From Octopus vulgaris (lineage: Eukaryota): 64,000 bases of DNA. The notes under the pieces were generated by a model. It was not told the origin of the DNA. It saw only the letters and a program-made list of their open reading frames with translations, and ran no database searches. Below are positions 23,850-34,700 of this stretch, in pieces. Position 1 is the stretch's first letter, and each line of letters begins with the position of its first letter. The translations under genes were made by a program, and so were the position numbers. The stretch covers positions 62,001 through 126,000 of the forward strand of contig OX597825.1 in NCBI GenBank assembly GCA_951406725.2, given 5' to 3'.

Positions 23850-25622
23850 AGAGATAATAGAAGCAAAAGAAGATATGAGAGAACTCAGCAAGATTGAGTT
23901 TACTGACATGATCAATAGAGAACCACTACCAAAGCTCTGAAGCAACATAATCATGATGTATAATATTGCTCTTAGATTTAAAAAAATAAGGGAAATGGCC
24001 TAACAATCTTAAACAGCCACTATTCCACTGCTAAAGTTGTAACTGCTCAATTAGGTATCAGGATGAAACAGAAAAGGGCCAACAATGTCAATAGACCTCC
24101 TAAGTGGAAAGTAGCTGTACAAAAAGGGATCAAATTTTTGCAAGCAGATGTATCAGTTCTCAATGAACTTGCTAGAGGAGTAAATATTCAGATGAAATAA
24201 ACTAGAAAAATTGAGTAAAAATATAAAATCAAAGATTTTATAAACCTCCCTGCAACCAAGGAACTAGTGAAACAACGAATACAACTGAAAACCCAATGGC
24301 TCAGAAGGTATGGCAAAGGAATCCAGTTTTATCGACAAAACAAGGTATTCAAGACATCATCATCATCGTTTAACGTCTGCTTTCCATGCTAGCATGGGTT
24401 GAACGATTTTGACTGAGGGCTGGTGAACCAGATGGCTGCACCAGGCTCCAATCTTGATCTGGCAGAGTTTCTACAGCTGGATGCCCTTCCTAACACCAAC
24501 CACTCCAAGAGTGTAGTGGGCCAGTCAGGCAATATTGTCAATGACCTCGCTTGAATCAAATCTGACAACTGGCATCTGTGCTAGCGGGTGCAGAGAGCAC
24601 CATACGAGGGTGATCGTTGACAGAGCGGCTAACCAGCTTCTGTGCCAGTGGTACATAAAAGGACACCATTCGAGTGTGATCATTACCAGCGTCGCCTTAC
24701 TGGCACTTGTGCCCGTGCTAGTAGGGTGCCAAGAGCACCATCCGAGCGTGATCGTTGCCAGAGCAGCCAACTGGCTCCATGCTGGTGGCATGTGAAAGGG
24801 CACCATTCGAGAGTAATCATTACCAACGTCGCCTTACTGGCACCTGTGCTGGTGGCATGTGTAAAAAGGTATTCGAGACAGATACAAAAAAATTTTACAG
24901 GGTAATTGGCAAAAGCAAGATAGAAGTAAAAGAAACTGAGGAAATGGAAGAAGATATGGAGCAACAAAAAAGAATATAATGTTGAAGCTCATTGGATAGA
25001 ACGTGGGAAAGTGAGACTGAATGAAATTGAAAGAGCAGGAATGGCAATAGGAGTTGAAGAGCTATGATATGTTCTTAGAAAGTCTCACAAATGGCAAACC
25101 CCAGGACTGGACCAGATCCCTAACTTCTGGCTGAACTGTTTGACAGAAGTACACCAAAATTTTGCTGCATCCCTAACTGATGTCACCTGGAACCCAAAGC
25201 AAATATCTGCCTGGCTGACCAAAGGAACAACATACCTTCTACCAAAAACTGAAGACATGAAAAATCCAAAGAACTACTGACCAATTACATGTCTCAACAC
25301 CACCTACAAGATATTCATATCCATACTAACTGAAAGAATATACACTTACCTGGAACAATTCTATCCTTCCACAAGTTCAAAAAGGTTGTAAAAGGAATTC
25401 TTATGGCTGCAAAGATCAATTACTCATAAATAAAATGATTGTAGAGAATTGCCGGAGCAACAAGAAGAACCTGAGTATGTCATGGCTAGACTACAAGAAA
25501 GCATTTGATAGTGTCCCACATAATTGGCTACTCAAGGCCCTTGAGATATACAAGATCTCTCCTGTCGTCTCCAAATTCTTACAAGGTAGCATGGCCAAAT
25601 GGAATACACATCTCCATCTTAA
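23850..25622 (+). mobile_element. R4/Dong-like non-LTR retrotransposon relic (RT) interrupted by an RTE insertion
   Basis: KGCKRNSYGCKDQLLINKMIVENC...NLSMSWLDYKKAFDSVPHNW and PGLDQIPNFWL. Many stops. Confidence 0.7.
24357..24865 (-). mobile_element. RTE family 1 3' end with inverted 5' segment
   Basis: 24357-24555 is minus and 24556-24865 is plus. TSD aaggtattc(a/g)agaca at about 24342 and 24866. Confidence 0.75.
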
Positions 25623-26584
25623 CATCTGTTGTCTTCTTTAACAATTATCTTTTCGCTATTTTGGAAATCTGCAATGGCTCCATAACTACCATCTCGGCTA
25701 CAACCTTGGAGCCCTAGTTATCCATTGCAACACTTACCTAGCGTACCTAATCATTTAGATTATATCGCCTGTGAACCAAACCCCCATATTTGTATATATA
25801 TAAGTTCAGCAAAATTTAGATTCAGATGAATATGGTACTTAAGTTAAAGGCACCAGAATTTGGTATGGTATTACCCATATAAATCAAATGGGGTGATTAT
25901 AATCAAAATAAGCAACAAGAATATCCAAGATAGTGTAGTACAATCGTTTCATGCTACTTCATTTTATTAAACAATGTAAGTATTACATCAATTTTAAAAT
26001 GTAGAGCAATCTTTAGCCACATATAGAATTTTTTTAATTAAATAGACAATACACATTTTTATACTTATTTCATTTGCCAACATTACAAAGAGAGTAGATA
26101 TATAGACAGAGAGGTTAATTTCATCATTAAGACCATGGTAGTAGAATTTATACACACACACACATATATATATATATACACACACACATATATATATATA
26201 TATACATATATATATTAGAAGGGAGTACCTCATTTCTTCTAATATACATATATATATTTGCCTATATTACAGCCTACATGCAAATGTACTTATGTATGTA
26301 CATTCTGTGTATGTACCTTCTACGTGTATTTCCTATTTAGTATGAGGGACATTTCATTTATGAGGACATACAACTGTATTTGTCTGAGTGATGGGTCCTT
26401 TGGGGGGCTTGGATAAAATGCATATGTCAAGTCAGCCCAGTGTGCCTCCATGTTGGTCTTTTGGCATGTAGGTAGAGTATGGAGGACAAATTCTTGTAAC
26501 TATAGTGTAGAAACCAAGGGGAGCATAATAGAGAGCATCCAGCATGTAGCTAACACCATCTACCAAAGTATCAAGGTAACTATA

Positions 26585-26745
26585 GATTAGGTAAAGACCT
26601 ACACAATTTGAGGCTTGTTCAAGAGATTGTAAAAGAGACTGGGCATTGGAGAGAGAATCACTGATAAGAGCGATGTCATCAGCAAAGTCAGTGTCTGTTA
26701 AGTGTTCAGCTGGGTGTCTGGAACTTCTTTGGATGTAACAGAGAA
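26585..26745 (-). mobile_element. RTE-group RT fragment
   Basis: RSSRHPAEHLTDTDFADDIALIS...ASNCVGLYL. Confidence 0.65.
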
Positions 26746-26879
26746 TGCCTGTCCGAGGGAGGGAGCTGGTTAATTCAGCCAATCACAGACTGAGCAAAGC
26801 TGTCAACAGACAGTGTTGCCTGAGCCTACCCTGAAGTCCAAAAACACATGTTTTAACTAAAGCTAATACAGATATGCTT

Positions 26880-27592
26880 CAGTGTTGACCTGTAGCATAA
26901 GGTGTTATCTGTTTGGGGGGATATGAAAAGTTTAGTTCACTTTGAACTTTTAAACCCAAACCAAATGATAACAAAATTCTACTGTGAGGAACTTGAGCAG
27001 CTTAAGTCAGTGCTACAAGAAAAATTACCATCTTTGGTTTCGAAACAAAAAGTGTTCTTCCATCAGGATAATGTTTGGCCACATACAGCGAGGATGACAT
27101 TCCAAAGGATGGAGCAGTTTGAATGGGAAATGATGCTCCACCCATCATATTCACCAAACATTGCTCCATCTAATTATCATTTATTCCACAGTTTTCAAAA
27201 TTATTTGGAAGAAAGAAATATGAATTCTGTAGTCTACATCAGAACAGTACAGGTGGATTATTTTTTGTCAAGGACAATTGAATTTTGGAAGGGAGGCCTT
27301 GCAAGTCTACCAGATAGATGAAAGAACATTGTAGAAAATGAAGGAGAGTATATTTTAGATTAAAAAGGTACCTTGTTTATCTTATTCTGTTGTGTCTGGG
27401 GCGAGTCATTTTCTTTTTGTGCCTTATAATATAACACACTCATTGGTAAAATTTCCACTTTTCTCTTATTTTTATTTTCCTAAAATTTTCGTTGCATCTT
27501 GCAACCTTTTCAATAGTTTATTAGTTTATCTTAATTTTGAAAAAATGAAAGAAGTATAAAAAAAACTGCATTATTTATGGGATGACTGCATA
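26880..27592 (+). mobile_element. mariner transposase relic with right end
   Basis: MLSVWGD..VHFELL...FHQDN..PH...HPSYSPNIAPSNYHLF (YSPDLAP-like motif) and VENEGEYILD*. TIR-like gcattatttatgggatgac near 27570. MITE fragment at about 27390-27520. Confidence 0.8.
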
Positions 27593-27599
27593 TTTAAAG

Positions 27600-27880
27600 G
27601 TACAGGTAATCTTATGAACACATGACACTCTAAGATCTAATTATTATTAATTAGGTTGTTCTTATCTCTATATTTGAAAATTTCATATAATTCCATGCAA
27701 CATAGTCTACATCTATATGGGCTACTTGTTTATGGCTGAGATCTATGCACTAAATCCCATTTAACATTGAAATCGATATTATTGTCTTTAAGTTCCCAGA
27801 TTTTCGTAGATAATGAGGTACCATTAGCTTTATGCTGATATTGTCTGAATGTGCAAATTAGTTTGTCCTAACAAGGTGCC
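27600..27880 (-). mobile_element. Penelope-like element GIY-YIG C-terminal relic
   Basis: Manual translation TSLSTKIWELKDNNIDFNVKWDLV...YRCRLCCMELYEI...NLIN resembles the PLE endonuclease C-terminus. Confidence 0.6.
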
Positions 27881-27949
27881 TCTATTTAAGTACCTAATTC
27901 AACTGAATCCAAATTACATTAAATATATATATATATACACCATCATCAT

Positions 27950-28505
27950 TGGCGTTAGGAAGGGCATCCAGCTGTAGAAACATTGCCAGATCAGACTGGA
28001 GCCTGGTGCAGCCTTCTGGCTTCCCAGATCCCCGGTCGAACCGTCCAACCCATGCTAGCATGGAGAACGGACGTTAAACGATGATGATGATGATCATCAT
28101 CATCATCGTTTAACGTCTGTTTTTCGTGCTAGCATAGGTTGGATGGTTCGACCGGGGTCTGGGAAGCCAGGAGGCTGCACCAGGCTCCAGTCTGATCTGG
28201 CAGTGTTTCTACAGCTGGATGCCCTTCCTAATGCCAACCACTCCATGAGTGTAGTGGGTGCTTTTTATGTGCCAGGCGAGGCTGGCAATGGCCACGATTG
28301 GTTGGTGCTTTTAACATGCCACTGGCATGGAAGCCAGTCAAGGCGGTGCTGGCATTGGCCATGTTCGGATGGTGCTTTTTACGTGCCACCGGCACTGGGA
28401 TCTCAACTACAATTTCCATTGATTTTTGAAGTTGATGTACTTGACTCAATAGGTCTCCTCAAGCACAGGGTCGAAACGGTGTTTCTTTACTTGCCACCTG
28501 CACAT
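27950..28505. mobile_element. Two RTE family 1 3' ends tail-to-tail
   Basis: Plus copy 27950-28093 abuts minus copy 28094-28505 at (GAT)n/(CAT)n. Confidence 0.8.
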
Positions 28506-28960
28506 ATATAATTATAATTAGGGTTCAGCTAACTTCTTCACCACATACCGAAATTAGAAATAGGAGTTAAAATTCCTTTTCTACTACTATAAGAATCTCC
28601 ATGACGGTAAACATACTTTTTTACGAAGGCAGAGAGAAAAATAATCATTCAACATGACCAGGATTAATTATATATGTGTTTCGAGATTAAAGTAGTTTAA
28701 ATTTTACTTACTTCTCTCTTCAGTATAATATTTCCAAAGTTTATAAAATTTGAAAGTGCTATGGCTGAATATGCACACAATCGAGCGACATCATGTAACA
28801 GATATCCAACCAACACTTTCAAAATTTATAGAGCCGAATGTGAATACACTATTCAAACTCTATACCCATGTGTATGGTATGAGCAATACTGCAGAAAACT
28901 GCAGTATTCTATCATGGAGTAAATTATAATTTTAAATTAATAATACAAGAGTAAAATTTA

Positions 28961-29014
<54 letters not shown>

Positions 29015-29029
29015 TATGGTTGCCCCCTC

Positions 29030-30290
29030 GTTATCGAGTATGGCCATTGCACAAAGCTTAACTGTTACTGGCGCTGTGATCGAATGTGACTTTTTAGCCC
29101 AGCTAAAGATCTACAATGTCTTGTACAGAATAGGCAACTAATACCTTTACTGGTAATAGCCAGCTGTAGTTGTAACTGGGCTTCATGTACCTTTGCATGT
29201 CATTTAAGTCCTCCTGCCGAATTACACTCTCTTCCACATGTCCGATAGATATGATTAGTATGGTGTGTTACACCACCACCAGTGGCCAGGTTGTCACTCA
29301 TCTGTCTCACTTTATGACTACAAAGATGACTCTTGAGTCCAGCTTTACTGAGGCAGGGTCTTGCACAGACATTGCATGTCAGCATCAAAGGAAGACCCTT
29401 CCTATCTGGAAGTGTAACAGCGATGCCCTTCTTGACATCCCTCCTTACTTTCTCATGTGCAACTTGAGATTTCTCAAAAATGGCTGTCCCCTCGTGCACA
29501 ATCCTTCTCCACCTGCTACGATCAATAGCTATGCCTTCCCATGTGTCAGGAGAGATGCAAGCATCTCTTAAGGATGGCTTCAGCAAGTCCTTATACCCCT
29601 TTTTTGGTTATGTGGAGGTCGTTCTCCTTTAGCTAACTTTCCATAAAAGAGTTGTTTTGGCATCCTTGAATCCTTCATCCTGACCAGATGACCACTCCAT
29701 CTGAGCCTTTACTTTAACACAAGAGCTTCTATAATTTCACGCCGAGAGCCTTCCAATATTTCAAGATCACTGATGTGGTCCTTCCACTTAATGCCATAGA
29801 TCCGTCTGAGGCACATCTGATGGAAATGCTCCAGTTGTTTAAGGTGGTATCGATATATGACCCACGTCTTGCAGGCATAGAGAAGAGAAGGGAGCACACA
29901 TGCCTTGTACACCTTTATCTTTGTCTTTCTGCATATGTCTTGCCGACTCCAGAGGCGCTTTTCTAACCTTCCAAAAGCAACACTTGCTTTCCTAATTCTA
30001 TATGGAATTTCCTCATCCAAATTGCTATATCTATTAATAGTGCTTCCCAAGTAGACAAACTGATCAACTACATCAAGTCGTTTACCATACACATAGATAT
30101 TTGGTACACTATACTACTTACCAGGGGCAGGTTGATGCATGACAACAGTTTTCTTGAGATTGACTGTCAATCCTAAGGCAGTGCAAGCATCAGAGCATGC
30201 ATTCAAAATGTGTTGCATATCAATCTCTGTGTGTGCTACTAGCTCACAATCATCTGCATACAAAAGGTCTCTTATGATAGAGGTAAATAC
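29030..30290 (-). mobile_element. RTE-group family 3 3' relic with C2H2-like tail
   Basis: VDQFVYLGS..RIRKASVAFGRL..KTKIKVYKACVLPSLLYAC.TW and CNVCARPCLSKAGLKSH. Confidence 0.8.
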
Positions 30291-31167
30291 CTTTCATTAT
30301 TCTTCAATTATTCTCTCATTATATTATTCTTTCAGTATTCTCTCATTACTCTGTCTAGCTCAGTAACATGCCGTTCATGTAAATATGTTTTTCGTTTAGT
30401 CTTGTCTTCCTGTTGCTCCCGATGATAACCTTATATTCATAGCCACTTATCTTTCCCCTAAAATTTGACTTTCTCAGATTTTTCAAACCTACTTTCTTGC
30501 TCTCACAATTAACAGAACCTCTTCCTAGTTTGTGGTCTAGTTAGATTGCCTGACGAACTCAGATTTTACCTTTTTTCCAAGTCTATCTTAATTATCAAAT
30601 AATAAATATTATCAACACTGCCGTCTCGTTTCAACTATGCTAGTCAGAGCCCCTCACATCGTTTCCTCCCATGTGTTCCTTGACCACTTCTCTCCCCCCT
30701 CTCTAACTAACCCTGTCTCTCTCCCTATGTTTCTCTATGTCCCCCTCTTTCCATAACCACCATCGCCATATATAAACTAGCGAACGCATAATCGGAAATC
30801 TCACTCGCTTCCAAATCCCTAACGAAGAATTACGCACAGCTCATGAACGGATAAAGTTAAGAAATTCTTCTTTCAACCTCACTTTCTTCTACCTACTATC
30901 TTTGCACGTATCATCATTATTCTTTCATTATTCTTCAATTATTCTCTCATTATATTATTCTTTCAGTATTCTCTCATTACTCTGTCTAGCTCAGTAGCAT
31001 GCCATTCATGTAAATATGCTTTTCATTTAGTCTTGTCTTCCTGTTGCTCCCAAAGATAACCTTATATTCATAGCCACTTATCTTTCCCCTAAAATTTGAC
31101 TTTCTCAGATTTTTCAAACCTACTTTCTTGCTCTCGCGATTAACAGAACCTCTTCTCAGTTTGTGGT
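30291..31167. repeat. 246-bp imperfect direct repeats (30291-30536, 30922-31167) around a unique core
   Basis: ctttcattattcttcaattattctctc...ttgtggt occurs twice, period 631 bp. Confidence 0.85.
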
Positions 31168-31369
31168 ACACCCACCCTGCCACCCCTCCACACATGCCGG
31201 AAGTTCCTATTCTTTGCCATCCTTGGGTTGCTTCCCATGAAGACTGCAAAAGCTCTTTCACCATTCCTACCCCTAGTCTCGGCCTATCTCCTATGTAAGG
31301 TAATGTTCATACAGTGCAAAATATGAAAGGGTAGTGTTATGCAGGTTGAACTGAAGGCTACTGTATTAC

Positions 31370-33700
31370 TTGCTCATGAATTCTGCCAAATGTGAGCTTT
31401 CTTTTCAGGTACATGAAGCTACTGTCCACCGTCCCAAGGTCTCCAGGGCCCATACCTCCCAAACCCTCAGGGTTGGCACCCTCAACGTTGGCACACTGAA
31501 AGGTAGGTCTGGCGAGATAGTCGAGATGCTTGAATGGAGATGTGTTGATATATGTTGCATCCAAGAAGTAAGGTGGAGAGGAGGTTCTGCTAGGTTCCTC
31601 ACAGTCAAGGAACACAGGTACAAGATTTTCTGGGCAGGGAACACTGACGGGGTTGGTGGCATGGGTATACTTATCGCTGAGAAATGGGTAGATAAAGTAA
31701 TTGAGGTAATCAGAGTATGTGACAGAATACTTAAGATTAGATTAGTGCTTCATCATGGATTAGCAACCATTATATCGGCTTATGCTCCTCAGCCGGGGCT
31801 ACCTGATGGACAGAAAGACCGATTCTATGACACTCTACTGCAGACTACCTCATTGACGAATGACAGAGACCTTCTCTTTGTGGCTAGTGACTTCAATGGG
31901 CATGTTGGACGACATGCTGGGGACTTCCATGGTGTGCATGGAGGCTATGGCTATGGTTCCCGCAACGAGGAGGGAACCAGGCTGCTGGAGTTCTGCGATG
32001 CAAATGATCTTATGGTTTGCAACACTAACTTCAGGAAACCTACCAGCCACCTAGTCACCTACTGATCAGGCCAACATACCAGCCAAATTGACTACATCCT
32101 TGCCAGGAAAAGGGAGAGATGGCTGCTTATAAATGCCAAAACCTTCCCAGGCGAAGAATGTACCCCGCAACATAGACTGGTAGTTAGTGACTTTAGGATC
32201 AGGACTAAGAGGACAGCCAGAAGACGACCAACATGGAGAAGAAGGATCTGGAAGCTTAAAGATTCTGCAAATGGACAGAGATTTAGGGACATGTTACTTG
32301 AAGCCTTTGATGAAGTAGAAGGGGATAGAGTATCACATGGGGTAGAAGGCAACTGGACGTTTCTAAGAGACAACCTGCTGAGAGCCACTGACCAGATCTG
32401 TGGCTGGTGCAAAGTCCCCTCTCGTCCTAAGGTAACGTGGTGGTGGAACAATGTTGTAGACAGGGCTATTAGAGAAAAGAGACAGGCTTGGAAGGACTGG
32501 AAAAATGGTGGTAGCAGGGAATTGTATCAGACTGCCAAAAGGGAAGCTAGGAGACAGGTCTATCTAGCCAGAGGGGAAGCAGATAAGAAAAAATTTGCCA
32601 ATATTCTGCGCCATGAGGACCAAAGACTGGAGGTGTTTCGTGTTGCAAGACAGTGTGTGAGAGAGAATTGTGATGTGGTAGGAGAGAAGTGTGTTCGCAT
32701 GGAAGATGGTTCACTTGCGCTAAATGAGGAGGCAAAGAGAGAGGTTTGGAGACGCCACTATGAAAGGTTGCTGAATAAAGAAAATGAATAGGATAAAGAG
32801 AGTCTGCCAAATGTTGACCCAACAGAGGGACCAGCTATCTGAGTTGACAGTTTCTTGGTAGTTAGGCCCATCAGGAATCACTGCAGAGATGCTCAAAATA
32901 TCTGGTAGTGTTGGCTATAGCCTAGTCACCCGTATAGTTAATCAGGTGATACACAAAGGAGTCATACCCAATGACTGGTGTAGCAGCATAATAGTCAACT
33001 GCTACAAAGGTAAAGGTGAAGCCCTAGATACAAATAATTACAGAGGTATCAAGCTGTTGGATCAGGTAATGAAGGTTACGGAGAGGGTCATAGCCCAACT
33101 AATTAGAGGGAGAGTTAGTTTAGATGAGATGCAATTTGGGTTCGTGCCAGGGAAAAGTACCACTGATGCTATATTCCTGGTAAGGCAGCTGCAGGAGAAA
33201 TACCTAGCCAAAGATAAGCCCCTGTACCTGGCTTTTGTTGACATGGAGAAAGCCTTCGACAGGGTCCCCCGATCCCTTATCTGGTGGTCAATGAGGAAAC
33301 TAGGGATAGATGAATGGTTAGTGAGAGCTGTGCGAGCCATGTACAGAGACGCTGCTAGTAAGGTGAGGGTTGGCAACGAGTACAGTGAAGAATTCCGGGT
33401 AGAGGTTGGGGTCCACCAAGGTTCAGTCCTCAGCCCCCTCCTATTTATCATAGTCCTCCAGGCAATAACGGAAGAATTCAAGACAGGATGCCCCTGGGAG
33501 CTCCTCTATGCTGATGACCTTGCTCTAATTGCTGAGTCACTATCAGAACTAGAGGAGAAGTTTCAGGTGTGGAAGCAAGGATTAGAATTGAAGGGCCTTA
33601 GAGTCAATCTAGCTAAAACCAAAGTCCTAATAAGTAGGAAGGTAGACAAATCACAAACGCCTTCAGGTAGATGGCCCTGCTCGATCTGTAGAAAAGGTGT
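31370..33700 (+). mobile_element. RTE family 1 LINE (APE endonuclease plus RT), degenerate and 3'-truncated
   Basis: LRVGTLNVGTL, CCIQEVRW, SAYAPQ, DFNGHVG, QFGFVPGKSTTDAIF and YADD. Stops at about 32063, 32789 and 32839. Confidence 0.9.
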
Positions 33701-33749
33701 AGTCTCATCTGGCAATGTTTCTACGGCTGGATGCTCTTCCCAAACCTCA

Positions 33750-34190
33750 CCCTAACCCTAACCCTAAATTTTTTTTTCTTAATTGTTACGCGTGTATACG
33801 TACGGAAAGCGTGTGTATAAAATTATAGAATTATTTTGTTTGTTAATTGTTTAAATTATTTTCCATTGCTTTCGTTTTAGCCTTCCGTTTTTTTTACACG
33901 CGTAACAATTAAATTTAACAATTAAGAAAAAAAAATGTAGGGTTAGGGTTAGTGACAGGATGTTGTCTCAGTTTTAGACGCAGCAAATGATTTTAGCTCA
34001 ATTAGAGGCGATTCCTTGGTTAAAATTCGAAAAATTAAACTACGTTAAACAAACGAATTACAATTTTATCAAGAAAGCCAAGAGAAAAAAATGTTTTATT
34101 TTGACACATTCTACCAGTATACGAAGTTTTAAAGTGTTTAGTTAACTAGAAATTGTGTTGACATGTGCCGTTCAAAAGAAAAAGATCCCA
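33750..34190. mobile_element. Element with inverted (CCCTAA)/(TTAGGG) arms and an aaaagatcc terminus
   Basis: cctaaccctaaccctaa...acgcgtgta / tacacgcgt...tagggttagggttag. The end tgccgttcaaaagaaaaagatcc resembles the 20260 MITE TIR. Confidence 0.5.
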
Positions 34191-34249
34191 AATAAGAAAA
34201 TGGAGAAACAATTTAGTTTGTTCATCAGCTTTTGGATATTAGAATGTTG

Positions 34250-34422
34250 TGTGGTACGAAGCTTGCTTACGAACTACATGGTTCTGGGTTCAGTCCCACT
34301 GCGTGACACCTTGGCAGGTGTCTTCTACTATAGCCTCGGGCCGACCAAAGCCTTGTGAGTGGATTTGGTAGACGGAAACTGAAAGAAGCCCGTCGTATAT
34401 ATGTATATATGTGTGTGTGTGT
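34250..34422 (+). mobile_element. tRNA-derived SINE family B
   Basis: gtgtggt..aagcttgc...gggttcagtcccactgcgtgacaccttgg (B-box-like) followed by (TA)n(TG)n. Related head at about 869-900. Confidence 0.6.
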
Positions 34423-34700
34423 GAAAGAAATGAAACCCAAACTGCATTTGAACTGTAATAACCTAAGTCAGGCCTTTCATTCTACAAGAAAGCTTCAGTC
34501 TTCGGGAAGATTGACAAATCTGGAGATTTGTTAAGACTGCTGAAATGTGGAAGAGAGATACCAGCTGGTCTGAGTGCTCTCTACCCACAATAACTAACAC
34601 TGAAAAAAAAATCTAAAAAGACTACAGCAACTCAGGGAAACTAAGCCAGAACAACCTGCCATCCTCTACACACCATCATAAACTGCGAGCAGGGTACAAA

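Noticed and set aside
33750-33952. True telomere or chromosome fusion site
   Set aside because: Only 2-3 hexamers per side, embedded in a TE-like inverted repeat.
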